Position numbers and translations under genes: made by a program. From assembly GCF_018350175.1 (NCBI RefSeq), contig NC_058368.1:110424001-110488000 (forward strand): DNA of 64,000 bases. Reading direction: 5' to 3'. Under the pieces are notes generated by a model, which worked only from the letters and a program-made list of their open reading frames with translations, was not told where the DNA came from and ran no database searches. Each line of letters begins with the position of its first letter. The stretch's first letter is position 1. Below are positions 47,311 through 59,029 of this stretch, one piece after another. Source of the DNA: Felis catus (lineage: Eukaryota).

Positions 47311-48088
47311 TAATTTCTTAAAATTTAAAGAACTCCTTAATGTGCACTGAGGAACAAGAATGGCCCATAGCGGAGGTCAGATGAATCTGCTAACAAATCA
47401 GTTTCTCCATCGATTTGTAACTTAGCTGAAAAAGTGCTAATTGCCACAGTGGGTTCGATCATTATACTCTTTTTAAATGTCCTATTCTGAGCCATACATT
47501 ATTTCATTATGCTCATAATGGGCCATTGGTTAAAGTCAGGAAGCATAGGAAACACTGATGTTAAAATACAACAAATTAATGAAGACTGTAAAAAACTATA
47601 ATAATTCTGCAAAATCACCATAGGATGGTTTTTTGCCAGGTAAGTAAGTTGCAGCCATCTGATCAGAAATCACATATAGTACATCTAGCTATCTTTAGTC
47701 CTTCAAAATTTGAATGTTTGAAAAGAAAATGTAGTGACAATTATATCCAGTTTGGCTTTTCACTTGTTGAGAATAACTACCCATACACACAGTATGTTAT
47801 TAGTGGCCAAGTGCTTGCATATAACAGCATGATGCCGTCTCTCCTATCTTTTCATTTAACACATAATACAAACATTGCCAAAATAAATCACTGGGTTGTT
47901 TGTTTAGCGCAAAATATGGGAATCCAAAACACCAGGTCATGAAAGCGGCTTTTGTCTGTTGGATTTCGAACCACATAGTTAAATTGCAGTCTGCACTTTA
48001 ATGTATATTCAGTCCCAAACAAACATGACCGATGTCATAATTTATTTGTTGGCAAAGCATACTTTTTCTTAGCTAATTTAAAAATTAA

Positions 48089-48310
48089 GAGGCGCCTGGG
48101 TGGCTCAGTCAGTTAAGCAGCCAACTTTGGCTCAGGTCATGATCTCACAGTTTATGGGTTCGAGCCCACCTTGGGCTCTGTGCTGATGGCTCAGAGCCTG
48201 AAGTCTGCTTCCGATTCTGTGTCTCCCTCTTTCTTTCTGCCCATCCCCTACTCTCACTTTGTCTGTCTGTCTGTCTCTCTCAAAAAATAAACATTAAAAA
48301 AATTTTTAAT
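48089..48310 (+). mobile_element. Feliform CanSINE
   Basis: Canonical head, body and tail. Confidence 0.95.
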
Positions 48311-48644
48311 TAAATTAATTAAAGCCAGCGAAGTACTTACTATGACACCTAATACATAGAAAGCACAAAATAAATGTTAGCTATTATTTTTATTATTATT
48401 AAATTATTATCAGTTGTTAAATGGGGAAAAAAGCTTAAATCTCTAATAGGTAATTAATATCGGTAAATTCTAGTTGTGGAATAAAATTGATATAAACTTT
48501 AATAATACTGGTCGCATTTTTGAAGTTAAAATTATGTCCTTATTACATACCAGTCAAAAATGATTAAGTAACTTTTAAAATTCTTTTGGGGGCTGCAAGA
48601 TTAAATTAGTGCAAAAAATGTTCATATTATAGAGAGAAGAGATT

Positions 48645-48897
48645 GATGATTGGGCAAAATGGCTGAAGGAAAGAGGGAGATATAGTCTTTCCAGTTATGG
48701 AACAAATAAGTCATGGGAATAAAAGGTACAGCATAGGGAATACTGTCAGAGATATTGTAACAGTGTTGTACGGTAACAGATGGTAGCTACAATTGTGGTG
48801 AACATAGCATCACATCTAAATTTGTCAAATCACTATGCTGTACAGCTGAAATCAAGGTAACATCATGTGCCAATTCTACTCAAATAAAAAAAATTTT
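48645..48897 (+). mobile_element. Carnivore L1 extreme 3' end
   Basis: TTCCAGTTATGGAACAAATAAGTCATGGGAATAAAAGGTACAGCATAGGGAATA...AATCACTATGCTGTACAGCTGAAA, then polyA. Confidence 0.88.
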
Positions 48898-48899
48898 TA

Positions 48900-48972
48900 G
48901 GGGGTCCTGGGTGGCTCAGTCGGTTAGGCTTCCGACTTCAGCTCAGGTCATGATCTCGCGTTCATGGGTTCA
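48900..48972 (+). mobile_element. CanSINE head only (3'-truncated)
   Basis: GGGGTCCTGGGTGGCTCAGTCGGTTAGG...TCATGATCTCGCGTTCATGGGTTCA, after which homology stops abruptly. Confidence 0.9.
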
Positions 48973-49301
48973 CCTTTCCTTAACCACTCTTTACTCACTT
49001 TTTTGAGTCTGCCATTTTTCACTTACTTGGTTCTGGAAGTGGCCCCAGGAAATAGACCCTAAAAATGGGATATGGGGATTGCACTACTCACCAATTCGAT
49101 GAAAGCATGGGTAAGCTTCTTTGTAAGGGTAGATGGGAGAGAAATAATCTGTGGTAAGCAATGCCATTACAATTATTCAAATCACCAGGATGACACATGA
49201 TGGACCGCAGGTGGAAGAGAGTGCCGGGAGCCGAGGTGACTCTGGTACTCTGTCATCAAGTAACAGTGGTGATCGCAAAAACCCTGAGATGAGCCAAATG
49301 C

Positions 49302-49519
49302 TTTTTTTTTTTTTAGAAAGAGAGAGGGAGACAGTGCGCACACATGCACAAGTGGGGGAGGGGCAGAGAGAGAGAGAGAGTGAGACACAGAATCTGAAGC
49401 CGGCTCCAGACTCTGAGCTGTCAGTCAAGAGCCAGATGTGAGGCTCAAACTCCTGGACTGTGAGATCATGACCTGAGCCGAAGCCGGACGCTTAAACAAC
49501 TGAGCCACCCAGGTGCCCC
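49302..49519 (-). mobile_element. Feliform CanSINE inside the ERV-L
   Basis: Canonical; flanked by CAAATGCTT. Confidence 0.95.
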
Positions 49520-49761
49520 CAAATGCTTCTGACTGCTGTAGGGAGAATTCATGCAGAGAAGGACAAAATGAAAACCTTGAATCCCTGAGTAAAAGAACAG
49601 GTAGAAAATCAGGAAGACTTCACAGCAGGTTTTGACAGAGCATCTCATTATCTATGTTGCAAAGCAGATATGGCTGAGGGTCAGGCATAAAGCCTAAGTA
49701 TAAGCATTACAGAGTTCAGTACCAATTAAGAGGTATCACTGCCAGGTCACTTATGCTAAGG

Positions 49762-50005
49762 CAGTGGTTCTCACCTGGGAGCAATCTGCCTCCCAGGATA
49801 CATTTGATAGTATCTGGAGACATTTTGCATTGTCACAACTGTGGCCAGTACTGATGATATCTAGTGGAAAGAGACTACAGATGCCATAAATATCCCACAA
49901 TGCACAAAATAGCCACTCTCCCACTCCCACCACCACTCCCCCCCCCACACACAAACACAATTATTTAGCCCAAAATCTCAATAGTGTTGAGGTTGTAAAA
50001 CACTG
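49762..50005. mobile_element. hAT-Charlie MITE (MER20-like) inside the ERV-L
   Basis: CAGTGGTTCTCA...TCTGGAGACATTTT...TTGTCACAACTG...GAGGTTGTAAAACACTG; 8-bp TSD TGCTA(A/G)GG. Confidence 0.9.
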
Positions 50006-52151
50006 TGCTAGGGTAAAGGCAACTGGCAGAGACCATATAAGACCCTGGTACATGGGATGGGGAGATGAGAACTTTGAACCCCTGTATCCTCTTAAAATGT
50101 CCACACTGGTTGAAGCAGATCCTAATCTTCATAAAAGGGGACCAGAGTTCCCTTGCATAGAAGTCTGGTGTGCAGTTACTATGTAGCTAACCCTAGTCCA
50201 TTAAAAAAAAGAAAATCAGAAGCCATTTGCTTTTACATGGCAGGGTTAGCAGTATGTTCTCACAATCTTATCCTAAAGTCCTGCCAGCTCTCCCGTTCTG
50301 TTACAATAGTCTGTTCTCTGTCACAATTTAGTCTCAATTTATGTCTTGTTATACCATAGAAAATCACAATAGTCTATTATATCTGTATAATTATGTTAAT
50401 TGGACCTGTTGAGAAGGAATGAGTAAGCACCATGCATATTTTAGCAAGGCATATGCATGCCAGAAAACAAGTGATAAACTCTGCAAAAATTTAAGAACCT
50501 GACACATAAGTGAAATTTCTAAGGGTATAGCAGTTTAGAACATCTAGGTACATCCCCTCTAAAATGACAAAAATGCTGCTTTTTCCTTCCACCATTCACC
50601 ATAAAGAAGAGCAAAACACTTGAGTGGGACACTCTGGATTGTAGAGGAAACACATAACACATTTGGGCATCTTGCTCTGACCTCTTGCTTGATAACTGGT
50701 AACTCTTACAGTTTTGAGAGAGGTCTGGATCAAGAGAAGTTTCTAGAGAAGTTCCTGCCTATAAGCTTCCCTGGTGTTCTGTTATTTGGTGGCCCAGCAC
50801 ATTCAATTCTGTGGCACACAAAGATGTCATATAGAGTCTTTACCAAGCCCTAATAGGAAAACTACAGCACAGGCCTCAGGGTTTTAGAATAACAATTCTG
50901 CTAATAATAGTACTCCATGTGTAAAGCAGCTTCTGGCTTCCTATGGAAGCCATGGAAAAGACTCAACACCAGACCACAGATACCACGTAACTCTGTGTCA
51001 CAAACACCCTTCATGAACTGAGTGCTGTATGATATGCTGAACCATAAAATTAGAAGTACACAGCAGAATTCCATTGTCAAATGGAAATGGTGTATAGATC
51101 AATATATAAGATCAAGCTGAGCAGGTCCAGAAGGTAAGAGTAGATTATACAGCAGATAGCTCAGATTCCCAGGGAACTTACTCCTACTGCTTCACTATGC
51201 CTGCCTCAACCCACACCTACGCCTCAGAGGGAGTGCTCTATAACCAATAAAGAGGGGGGTGGGGGCGAGTATGGCCTGGTTTGTTGGTGACTTACACAGT
51301 ATGCTGAAACAAGTCGGAAGTAAATGGAGAACATACTGCAATTCCACTCAAGGGTGATCCTGAAAGATAATGGTGAGAGGAAATCTTCCCTGTTCAGAAA
51401 CTCAAGAAATGCATGTAAGTGTCCATATCACATGGAAGGAGAAAAAGCCTATTACATCTATACTGATTAGTCAGTCACTAGTAGGTAGATAGCTAGTCAG
51501 AAACAAAGGAAGACTAAGATTGAAATATTGTTGACAAAGAATGAGTCACTCAGAGTGAGTTTAGAGTATATGTGAAGACATCCATGTCCCACAGATATCC
51601 TTACCAAAGGGCATTCATGGCACAAAAGGCTTTCAGTAATCAGATGGATGAAATGACCTGTCTTTATGTATACCAATCACCCATTTTTCCAAACACCCCA
51701 CACTTGATCAATAGGCCCATGTAAAAAGTAGCCATGGTGGCAGGAACAAAGGCTTCTCATTCATGTACTCAACATTATCTTGATCCTATATGAACAAAGG
51801 TTGTAGGTCACATGACCAAGTTAAAACCATGTAAGCCAACCAGCCAAGGTGTCAGCAGAAATCAATGACACATGGAATGGATGATGAACAACCAAAGCTT
51901 TGATTATCATCTTATTCCTCATAACCAGCTACAGAGTAGACTGTAACACCTATGTTTTGGGTTGTTTATTTTTTTTCCCACTACCTTAGATAAAGGGCAC
52001 CAGTAGATGGTGACATTTTCATTAGATTCCTGGCAGGAGTATAATGGAATTGACCTCATCACACTAAGATCCAGTAGCCAATGAAACTTTGTGTTTCCGT
52101 GGTGTTAGGCCCATGGGTTTTCCCTGACAAGGGAGTAGAACAGGGGCTGAA

Positions 52152-52582
52152 TGTGCTAGATATTTTCCATTTTTCCTCCAGATCTGCTCTCCACCCTTCT
52201 CCACGTTGCTCTGGGCCTCAGGTCACTGCCAGGGTGCAGTGTTGCCTCTGGCTCTTAATTGGGTTTGCCAAGGGGCATAACAGCAGGAGACTGGGAAATG
52301 GGAGGAAAGAGAGACTGTCAGGTTTATCTCCCCCAGCTCCTTCTATGACAAATCTCAGTTTACAATCACAGTTTATGGCCAGATTCTATCCAGCAGCTTC
52401 TCCTTGGGTTCCTAACAGCCTCTTCCCCATCTCTTTCAAGCCCAGGATACTAATGGTTTCTGAGTTGTGGGTGCATCACCATACCTTACTACTCATGTCA
52501 TTGTAAACAATCATTTCTTGAACCTCTCTTGCATTGCCCTTTTGGGTTTTCTGCACCTTTCCTGCTGAGATCCTAACTGACA
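52152..52582 (+). mobile_element. 3' LTR of the ERV-L (LTR33-like)
   Basis: Follows a purine tract; CCTCCAGATCTGCTCTCCACCCTTCTCCAC...GCCTCTGGCT...TTGGGTTTGCCAA...TTTCCTGCTGAGATCCTAACTGACA. Confidence 0.8.
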
Positions 52583-53429
52583 TAGGCAACTTCATTTCTC
52601 AGAGTGGAAAAACTAAGGTCTAGAGGCAGGAAGGGCATGGCTCTGCTCCTTGCCTGCCCACGGGGGCCCCCCTGGGGAGCAAACCACAGAGTTCTGCATG
52701 GAACTGATCATCTAAAGAACACACCTCCAGAAACCTCCTTTTCTGTATTCAGATCATAAAATGGTTTGCAGGCTGGTACAAAGGTTTTCCAAAGAGGAGG
52801 ACAGAAGTGGTACTGAGATAGGTCTCCAATCCAGGACTCTAGGGTCCCACTACATAATACTTCTATGCCATCGACTGTCAATTATTTCACAAAAGACACT
52901 TGTGCATCCAAAAGGTGCCACTAATCTGAATCACCAGACTTTGGCTTGAATGTGAGGTTCAGACTCTTGTGCCTCAATTACCCCAGGAGAGCCATGACTA
53001 GTGCACCTCTAGGACAGCCTCCCCACACACATATGCATGCACTGATTGCATTTCATGTACCAGCCTTGTACCAGCCATGGGAAGAGAAACTATTTTAGGT
53101 GTCTCACAAGACTGGTGGAAGATTTCCTAGGTAAGGAAAAGTGGGAAATGGCTAAATATACACAATGGAAACTTATGCAGCTATTAAAGGTATTTATAGA
53201 AAGTTTGAAACAGGACAGAAAGTGTTTATGACAAAATACTACGAGGGAAAAGCAGGGTACAAAATCATATGCATTTATATAAATATACACCCAATATGCT
53301 TAACACCATGTAAAAATGCATAAGGGAAAAACAGATTGGACGATAGTGTACCAAAATGCTAATAGTGGGACACAGGGTATTTCTCTGTATTTAAAATTTT
53401 CTTATAATCAGCATCAATTACCTTATGTC

Positions 53430-53960
53430 CTGTTATAACCTATTCAATTATACAAGTAGTTTTGAAAAGTATTCTCATTTTGAAAATACTCAAACTGTAG
53501 GTATAAAACGCAAGTCCCCCTTGAGGATGCCGCCCCCAATCCCAGATCCCTCCCAAGAGAATCACTGTCTTTGGCTGGCTTCTTGTGTATGTAGAGAAAT
53601 GAAGTTATCATATAAGGGAGGTTTTTAACATAAAGGGTACATTACACAAATTATTCTGTGAATTACTTTCTCCACTGAGTAATAAAGCGTGGGGGTCTTT
53701 CTACAACATTGTAAACACATCTAGCTTAAGGATCTTCAACTTTAAATAGCAGGTCCTAATATGGCTATTTCACAGTTTATTTAATATTCAGGACATTTAG
53801 GGTCGTTTCTATTTTGTCCCTGTTAGAACCAAAATGCACTTAACAGTTGCATAAATGACTGTGCACACATTAGGACTATGTTTCTAGACTAGACACAAAA
53901 GAAGTGGAATTTCTGGTTGGAGGTTTGGATATTCTAATTTTAGAAGTTCCCATAGACAGA
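53430..53960 (-). mobile_element. Ancient L1ME-like fragment
   Basis: CACAGTTTATTTAA...GGACATTTAGGGTCGTTTCTATTTT...AGAAGTGGAATTTCTGG. Confidence 0.6.
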
Positions 53961-55099
53961 TTAGATCTCCCCAGACACCACTGATGACTTCTGGGGAAAC
54001 TGGGGATCTTTGCCGGCCAGAGGGTTCTAGAGGTTCTTGAGGTTGAGTTTCCTGGCCTCCCTGGGGTCTTGGGGATCTCCGAGTGGAGAGATCCTAGCAC
54101 CCAGGAACACAGCCTCTCCATGTCTGCCCACCAGATGTGTCCTGAGAACCAAGCCATAGACCTGGCAGCATCCTATTTATATTCAGATCATGAAAAGATG
54201 TGTAGCCTGGGGAAAAAGGTTTCTCAAAGACAGCCCACCTCCCACTGAAACTCACCAAAGACCTCTATGTCTCATGCAGTAAAGAGTTTGTTTGCTTTTT
54301 TTTCCTAAGGAACTGTCCCCTGGGACCTGAAAGTCAGAGCGAAGTATTTTAACATTCCAGAGACTTAATTTCTGAAAGAAAGAGAACTGAGAACAACTGT
54401 TTTGCTTTCTGTGGAAATGGTGTCTCTACCTAAAGAAGCAAAATGGATTCCAATGCAACCCAATCTCAGCTGACATGGGCTCTGTCTGGCCTTTGCTCTC
54501 AGAGGAGTGTCCCCTAGGAAGGCCACAGGGTCTCCACATCTGTGGGAGGCTGAGCTACACGCTAGATCCACTCTATCCATCTTACTGAGGCTGGGTCTCA
54601 GCGGGCCCCTCTGTGAGAGAAGAAGCCCTCTGCCTTTCACACCCTAGGCAAGGTGTCTCCAAAACATACCTCTGAAAAGCCCCTGAACTGGCCTCCGTGG
54701 GGCCTCAGCACTCCCACCTCTGACTCCCTTCAGCCCAAGGCAAGGAGACAGGCCCAGGGAGAGGACAGATCTGCCCAAGTCCTCACATCCTGCCCCAAGG
54801 CCTTTCCACATGACCCCTCCTCAAAGTCCCACAGGCAGGGCCCAGCGGCTGGGACAGGATAGAAAGTAATGCCCTAGAAAGGCTCCAACAGGGTCTCCAG
54901 GGCTCAGGGGGAGGGAGAGGCCTCTGCTTGTGTCTGTGGTGTGGTTGGGGAAGGACCCATGGAGCAGGACCACCACAAGACCACAACAGGCCCACAGCCC
55001 TCATTTCAAAATCTTTAACCTGCTATGACTTTGGGAAAACACATGCGTCTAAACATGACAGTCATTGATCACCTACCGATCCTCAGAACAAATCCCAAA

Positions 55100-56205
55100 T
55101 CCGTCCCCTTGGCCACTCTGCTAGTTGGCACCCACCGTCTCTCCCAGGTGACCACTGCAGCCTGCTAGGTCTCCCCACTTCCGCTCCTGTCCCTAATGAT
55201 CTACTCTACACAGTAGCCAGAGAGGTCCTTTCTTATAAAACAAATTACATAACATACTCCCCCACCCAGAAATTTCCAGTAAGTCCCATTGCTCTTGGAA
55301 AAACTCAAATCTATCACAGCCAACAGGGCCCCAGGGACCCAGCCCTGCCCACCTCTCCAGCTTCCCCTGCATTCAACTTCTCCCTACCTTCAGCCCTTTT
55401 TTCCCGTTGCCCTTCAACATGTCACACTCACTTCTAACTCAGGGTCTATCTTAGGTTCCCAGAAGCAGAAGCCAATGGGAGGTTCATGTGAAATGGACTT
55501 ATTAGGGAAGCATTCCCACAAAACACCAGTGGAAAAAGTGAGCAAGAAGGAGCAGAAGGGGACAAGGCCAGGGGAGTGAGCACCATCTAGCAAAATCCCA
55601 CCAAGGGTGACTGGGACACGATACTTCTGGGGAGCCCTGGAAAGTACGGGCCACCCCGCACCAGAACAAAGGAACTGGTGAGCACACCCCTGGAGCCTTC
55701 TGCTATCAGTTAGGGCTGCCCCCCTGGAAGTCCCCAGGTACCTCCTTGATCTCCATGTGGAGGGAAAGCAGTTCCAGGAGCTTAAGGTCAGTTTGCCAAC
55801 ACAGAGCCACAGGCACAAGCGATTGGGAGGGAACACGCAAGAGAAGGGAGCAGAGCACAGGAAGGGACATGCAGGCACATGGGCAGAGAAGCCCCAGCAT
55901 CAGCGAAGGGTCTCTGCCCCTGCTTTTCTTCTGCTTCCTGCCAGGACTCCCTCCTGCCTTTCATTTGGGTGTCCATTCAAATGTCGCTGGGTCCAACTAC
56001 CAAAAACAACCTTCCCTCCTACCCCATCACTCTTTACCACCTCACCCTGATTTAGTGATAGTTTTCTCTGTGACACAAACCACCGTCTGTAACCATCTGG
56101 TTCATTTGCTGGTCTTGTGCCTCCCACTGGATGGTGTGGCTCATTCACACCTTGTGGCCCCAGCACCAGCACAGTGGGTATTTTGAGCACTTGGTGAGTA
56201 CTGCC
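55100..56205 (+). mobile_element. L2 3' region, interrupted by an LTR16-like LTR (about 55445-55910, minus strand)
   Basis: CTCTACACAGTAGCCAGAGAGGTCCTTT...CTCAAATCT... and ...CCCCAGCACCAGCACAGTG; insert begins TCTTAGGTTCCCAGAAGCAGA. Confidence 0.6.
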
Positions 56206-56242
56206 TAGCACATCTCAGCCAACTTATATAACTTTTTATTCA

Positions 56243-56698
56243 CAGTAATCCCCCCTTATCCACAGGGGATGTGTTGTTCCAAGACCCCCAGGGGATGCCT
56301 GAAACTGTCATTAGTACTGAATCCCATATATATCATTTTTTCCCACACATACATAACTGTGATAAGGCCTGATTTATAAATTAGGCACAGTAAGAGATTA
56401 ACAACAGTAACTAATAATAAAATAGAATAATTATAACAATATACTGTAATAAAAGCTATGTGTGGTCTCTCTCTCTGAAAATATCTTACTGCACTGTACT
56501 CCCCCTCCTTCTTGTGATGATATGAGCAGATAAAATGCCTGCATGGTGAGGCAAAAAGGGGAGAACAATGTAGGTATTGTGATGTGGCATTAGGCTACCC
56601 CTGACCTTCTGATGATTTCTCAGAAAGAGGATCATCTGTTTTTCAGCCCGCAGTCAACCACAAATAACTGACATGGTAGATAAAGGGGGGGATTACTG
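56243..56698. mobile_element. TcMar-Tigger MITE (MER44/Tigger7-like)
   Basis: Terminal inverted repeats CAGTAATCCCCCCTTATC ... GATAAAGGGGGGGATTACTG; internal TTTATAAATTAGGCACAGTAAGAGATTAACAACA. Confidence 0.9.
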
Positions 56699-56709
56699 GA
56701 TTTCCATTT

Positions 56710-56895
56710 GATGAGCACTTGTGTGCTATTCACTACTCAAAATTCCTTACCGCTCACTTAATCCTCCAAATAACCCAATGAGGTACATACTGGTAGTGTT
56801 CTCATGTTACATGTTAGGAAGCTGAGGCTCAGATGTGAATCAACTTGTCACAGTTGCACAGCAGGGCAGAGGTGTGGTCAGGGAGTCAGGCCGGC
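56710..56895 (-). mobile_element. MIR SINE
   Basis: CTTAATCCTCCAAATAACCCAATGAGGTA...GGAAGCTGAGGCTCAGA. Confidence 0.75.
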
Positions 56896-57417
56896 TGAGT
56901 GGCTCCAGATGACCTCACCTCACCATGATATCCCACCTCAAGGTGCCTACCAAAGAAGTGTCAAGGCTTTTCCAAAGCCCCAGAACTGGAGGGAAGTGAG
57001 GCTGGGATTCTGACCCCAAAGCCAGTTCCCCACTGAGGCGACACTACACGCACTATACCCACGGGTAGCGTGAGTGGTCCCTCCTCCTGTGGCTCCCCAC
57101 TGCACGTTCTTAACTCCCCTACTGGTCCTGGGTGGCTGTTTCTAGCCCACTTCCCAAGAAGGAGGGAAATGCTGTCCCATGGCTGAGGAAGCCTCTCAGG
57201 AGGGACTGTCACTGAGTCATTGAGCCCCAGGGCCAAGCCCCTCTTTCTCCACCCACAAGTTCTGTAAGCCATTGAGTGGCCAGAGCTGGGATGCTAGTGT
57301 GACTCAGACATTTTACAGCCAGGGTCCCTTGCTGCAACAAGTCCAAGCACCCTCTCTAGAAGCAGAGCAAAACTCTCAAAAAGAAACCATTCTGAACAAA
57401 GCCAGTAATGGTTAAAC

Positions 57418-57419
<2 letters not shown>

Positions 57420-57465
<46 letters not shown>
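57420..57465. repeat. (TG)n microsatellite
   Basis: Read directly. Confidence 0.97.
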
Positions 57466-57468
<3 letters not shown>

Positions 57469-58956
57469 AGGGAAGGGAGACACATGCACATAGGCAGATA
57501 GATGAGGCAGTGATCTATGTCCCACTTCTCAGGCTGGAAACCTCCCGTCATTCAGAGTAAAACCTCATTAACCCAAATACCACATGACTGGAGACAGGAG
57601 GGCACAGTACTGACGGCCGTGCCTCCCCCAGGCAAGACAGCACAGCTGAGGGGAGCACCCCAATTCAGCAGTGATTCCTGCCACACTGCACTTACCCTGC
57701 TCATCAACTAGGCTTTGATACGGACACACACCCCAGCCAGCATGCCCATAATTATGGCAATCCCCAAACTGTTATAGACAACTCACTGGGGGGTTACCCA
57801 GTACCTTCTAATTAGTGTTAAACACTGATTATCCGAGGCTATTGATATTGGCCTTAATCAGTAATTACAATCCTCACATAAAATATTTAATAAGCATTCA
57901 TAATACAAGAAATTTGATTAAGAGGAGAGTATTTTTCTTGCATTTCCACATTGGTCTCCCGAAGGCTTAGATGGGTTTGTGCTAAGCAGGAGTAAATACA
58001 GCTGACGCAATTACCCACCAAAGACGGCAGAAAATAGCAAACTCGGATTCACCCACCCCTACTCTGAAATACTCAGCTATAGAAAAGGGCCACAGATGGG
58101 TGATGCACAAAAGATATGCAAATGTCCAAAAAAAATCTGTGGGAAAATGTTGAGCCTCACTAGTAATCAGGAAATACACATTTAAATCAAACACTGTCCC
58201 TTCGATCAATCAGCAAAATGTACAACTATCACCATGTGCTGTTGATAAAAGTGTGTGCTGGCCCACCACAGCCTCCTGGGATACATCCCTCCCTCTTCTG
58301 GAAAGTGCACCCTCCTGCAAGGAGCCACTTCTCCGCTCTGCAGCCACGGGAAGTGGAGCTGCCGTGTTCTGTCTTTCCGCCATTCCCAGCTACTGCACAT
58401 GGTGAGAACTACAGCTTTGTCCTGAGCTGGGCCCCTCGCAGTTCCCCATGCTGCCCTCAGTGCTTGGTCAGAGACAGGCCAATAAGACACTTCCCTGTGG
58501 GACTCCAATCTGGGACAGAAAGGACCGCTTCAGTCCCTCTCTAGTGGCAAAGATGGAGGAGGCAAGCCAGAAAACCAGCAGTGACCGTACTGCGTCAAAC
58601 TCTCGGTGACGCTTACACGTGGGTTCGCACAACCAAAGACCTAGCTCAAGATACAGCTGGTTAGGGTTGTTGTCACAAGAGCAAACAGGTGCCTGAGCCA
58701 CAGTAACCAGCCCTGCCTTTTGCTCTTAGAAACAATGGGAACTTGCCTGAGTTCTCATCTCAGGCTGAGTCAGAAGGACCACTCCTGAGCCCGAAGCGAG
58801 CTTGGAATCAGGCCCTCACATTGCTTTTTGGGTAGCATGCAGGGTGGTGGGAGAACCCTGTGTCCTTAGGGAGCTGGGAAAGACCTCAGAGCTGCCGGGC
58901 AACTCCCCTCCGTGAGAATTCCATTACTGCTTTGCACCATTGGTGCCCGGCACTGG

Positions 58957-58983
58957 CACCACCACCACCACCACACACACACA

Positions 58984-59026
<43 letters not shown>
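58957..59026. repeat. (CAC)n-(CA)n compound microsatellite
   Basis: Read directly. Confidence 0.95.

Positions 59027-59029
<3 letters not shown>

Larger units (their letters stand above)
49030..52151 (+). mobile_element. Decayed class III ERV-L internal region (pol remnants, non-coding)
   Basis: Manual translation: ENQKPFAFTWQG*QY (50211-50255) and VYYICIIMLIGP (50372-50407) resemble RT; QQNSIVKWKWCID (51061-51099); AWFVGD (51274) and LKDNGERKSS (51360-51389) resemble RNase H; Q*AHVKSSHGGRNKG (about 51709-51753) resembles the integrase N-terminus. Order is colinear with ERV-L pol. Confidence 0.88.

Noticed and set aside
50200..51760. Domesticated or functional ERV pol gene
   Set aside because: Multiple stops and frameshifts, a lost catalytic YxDD motif and large deletions.
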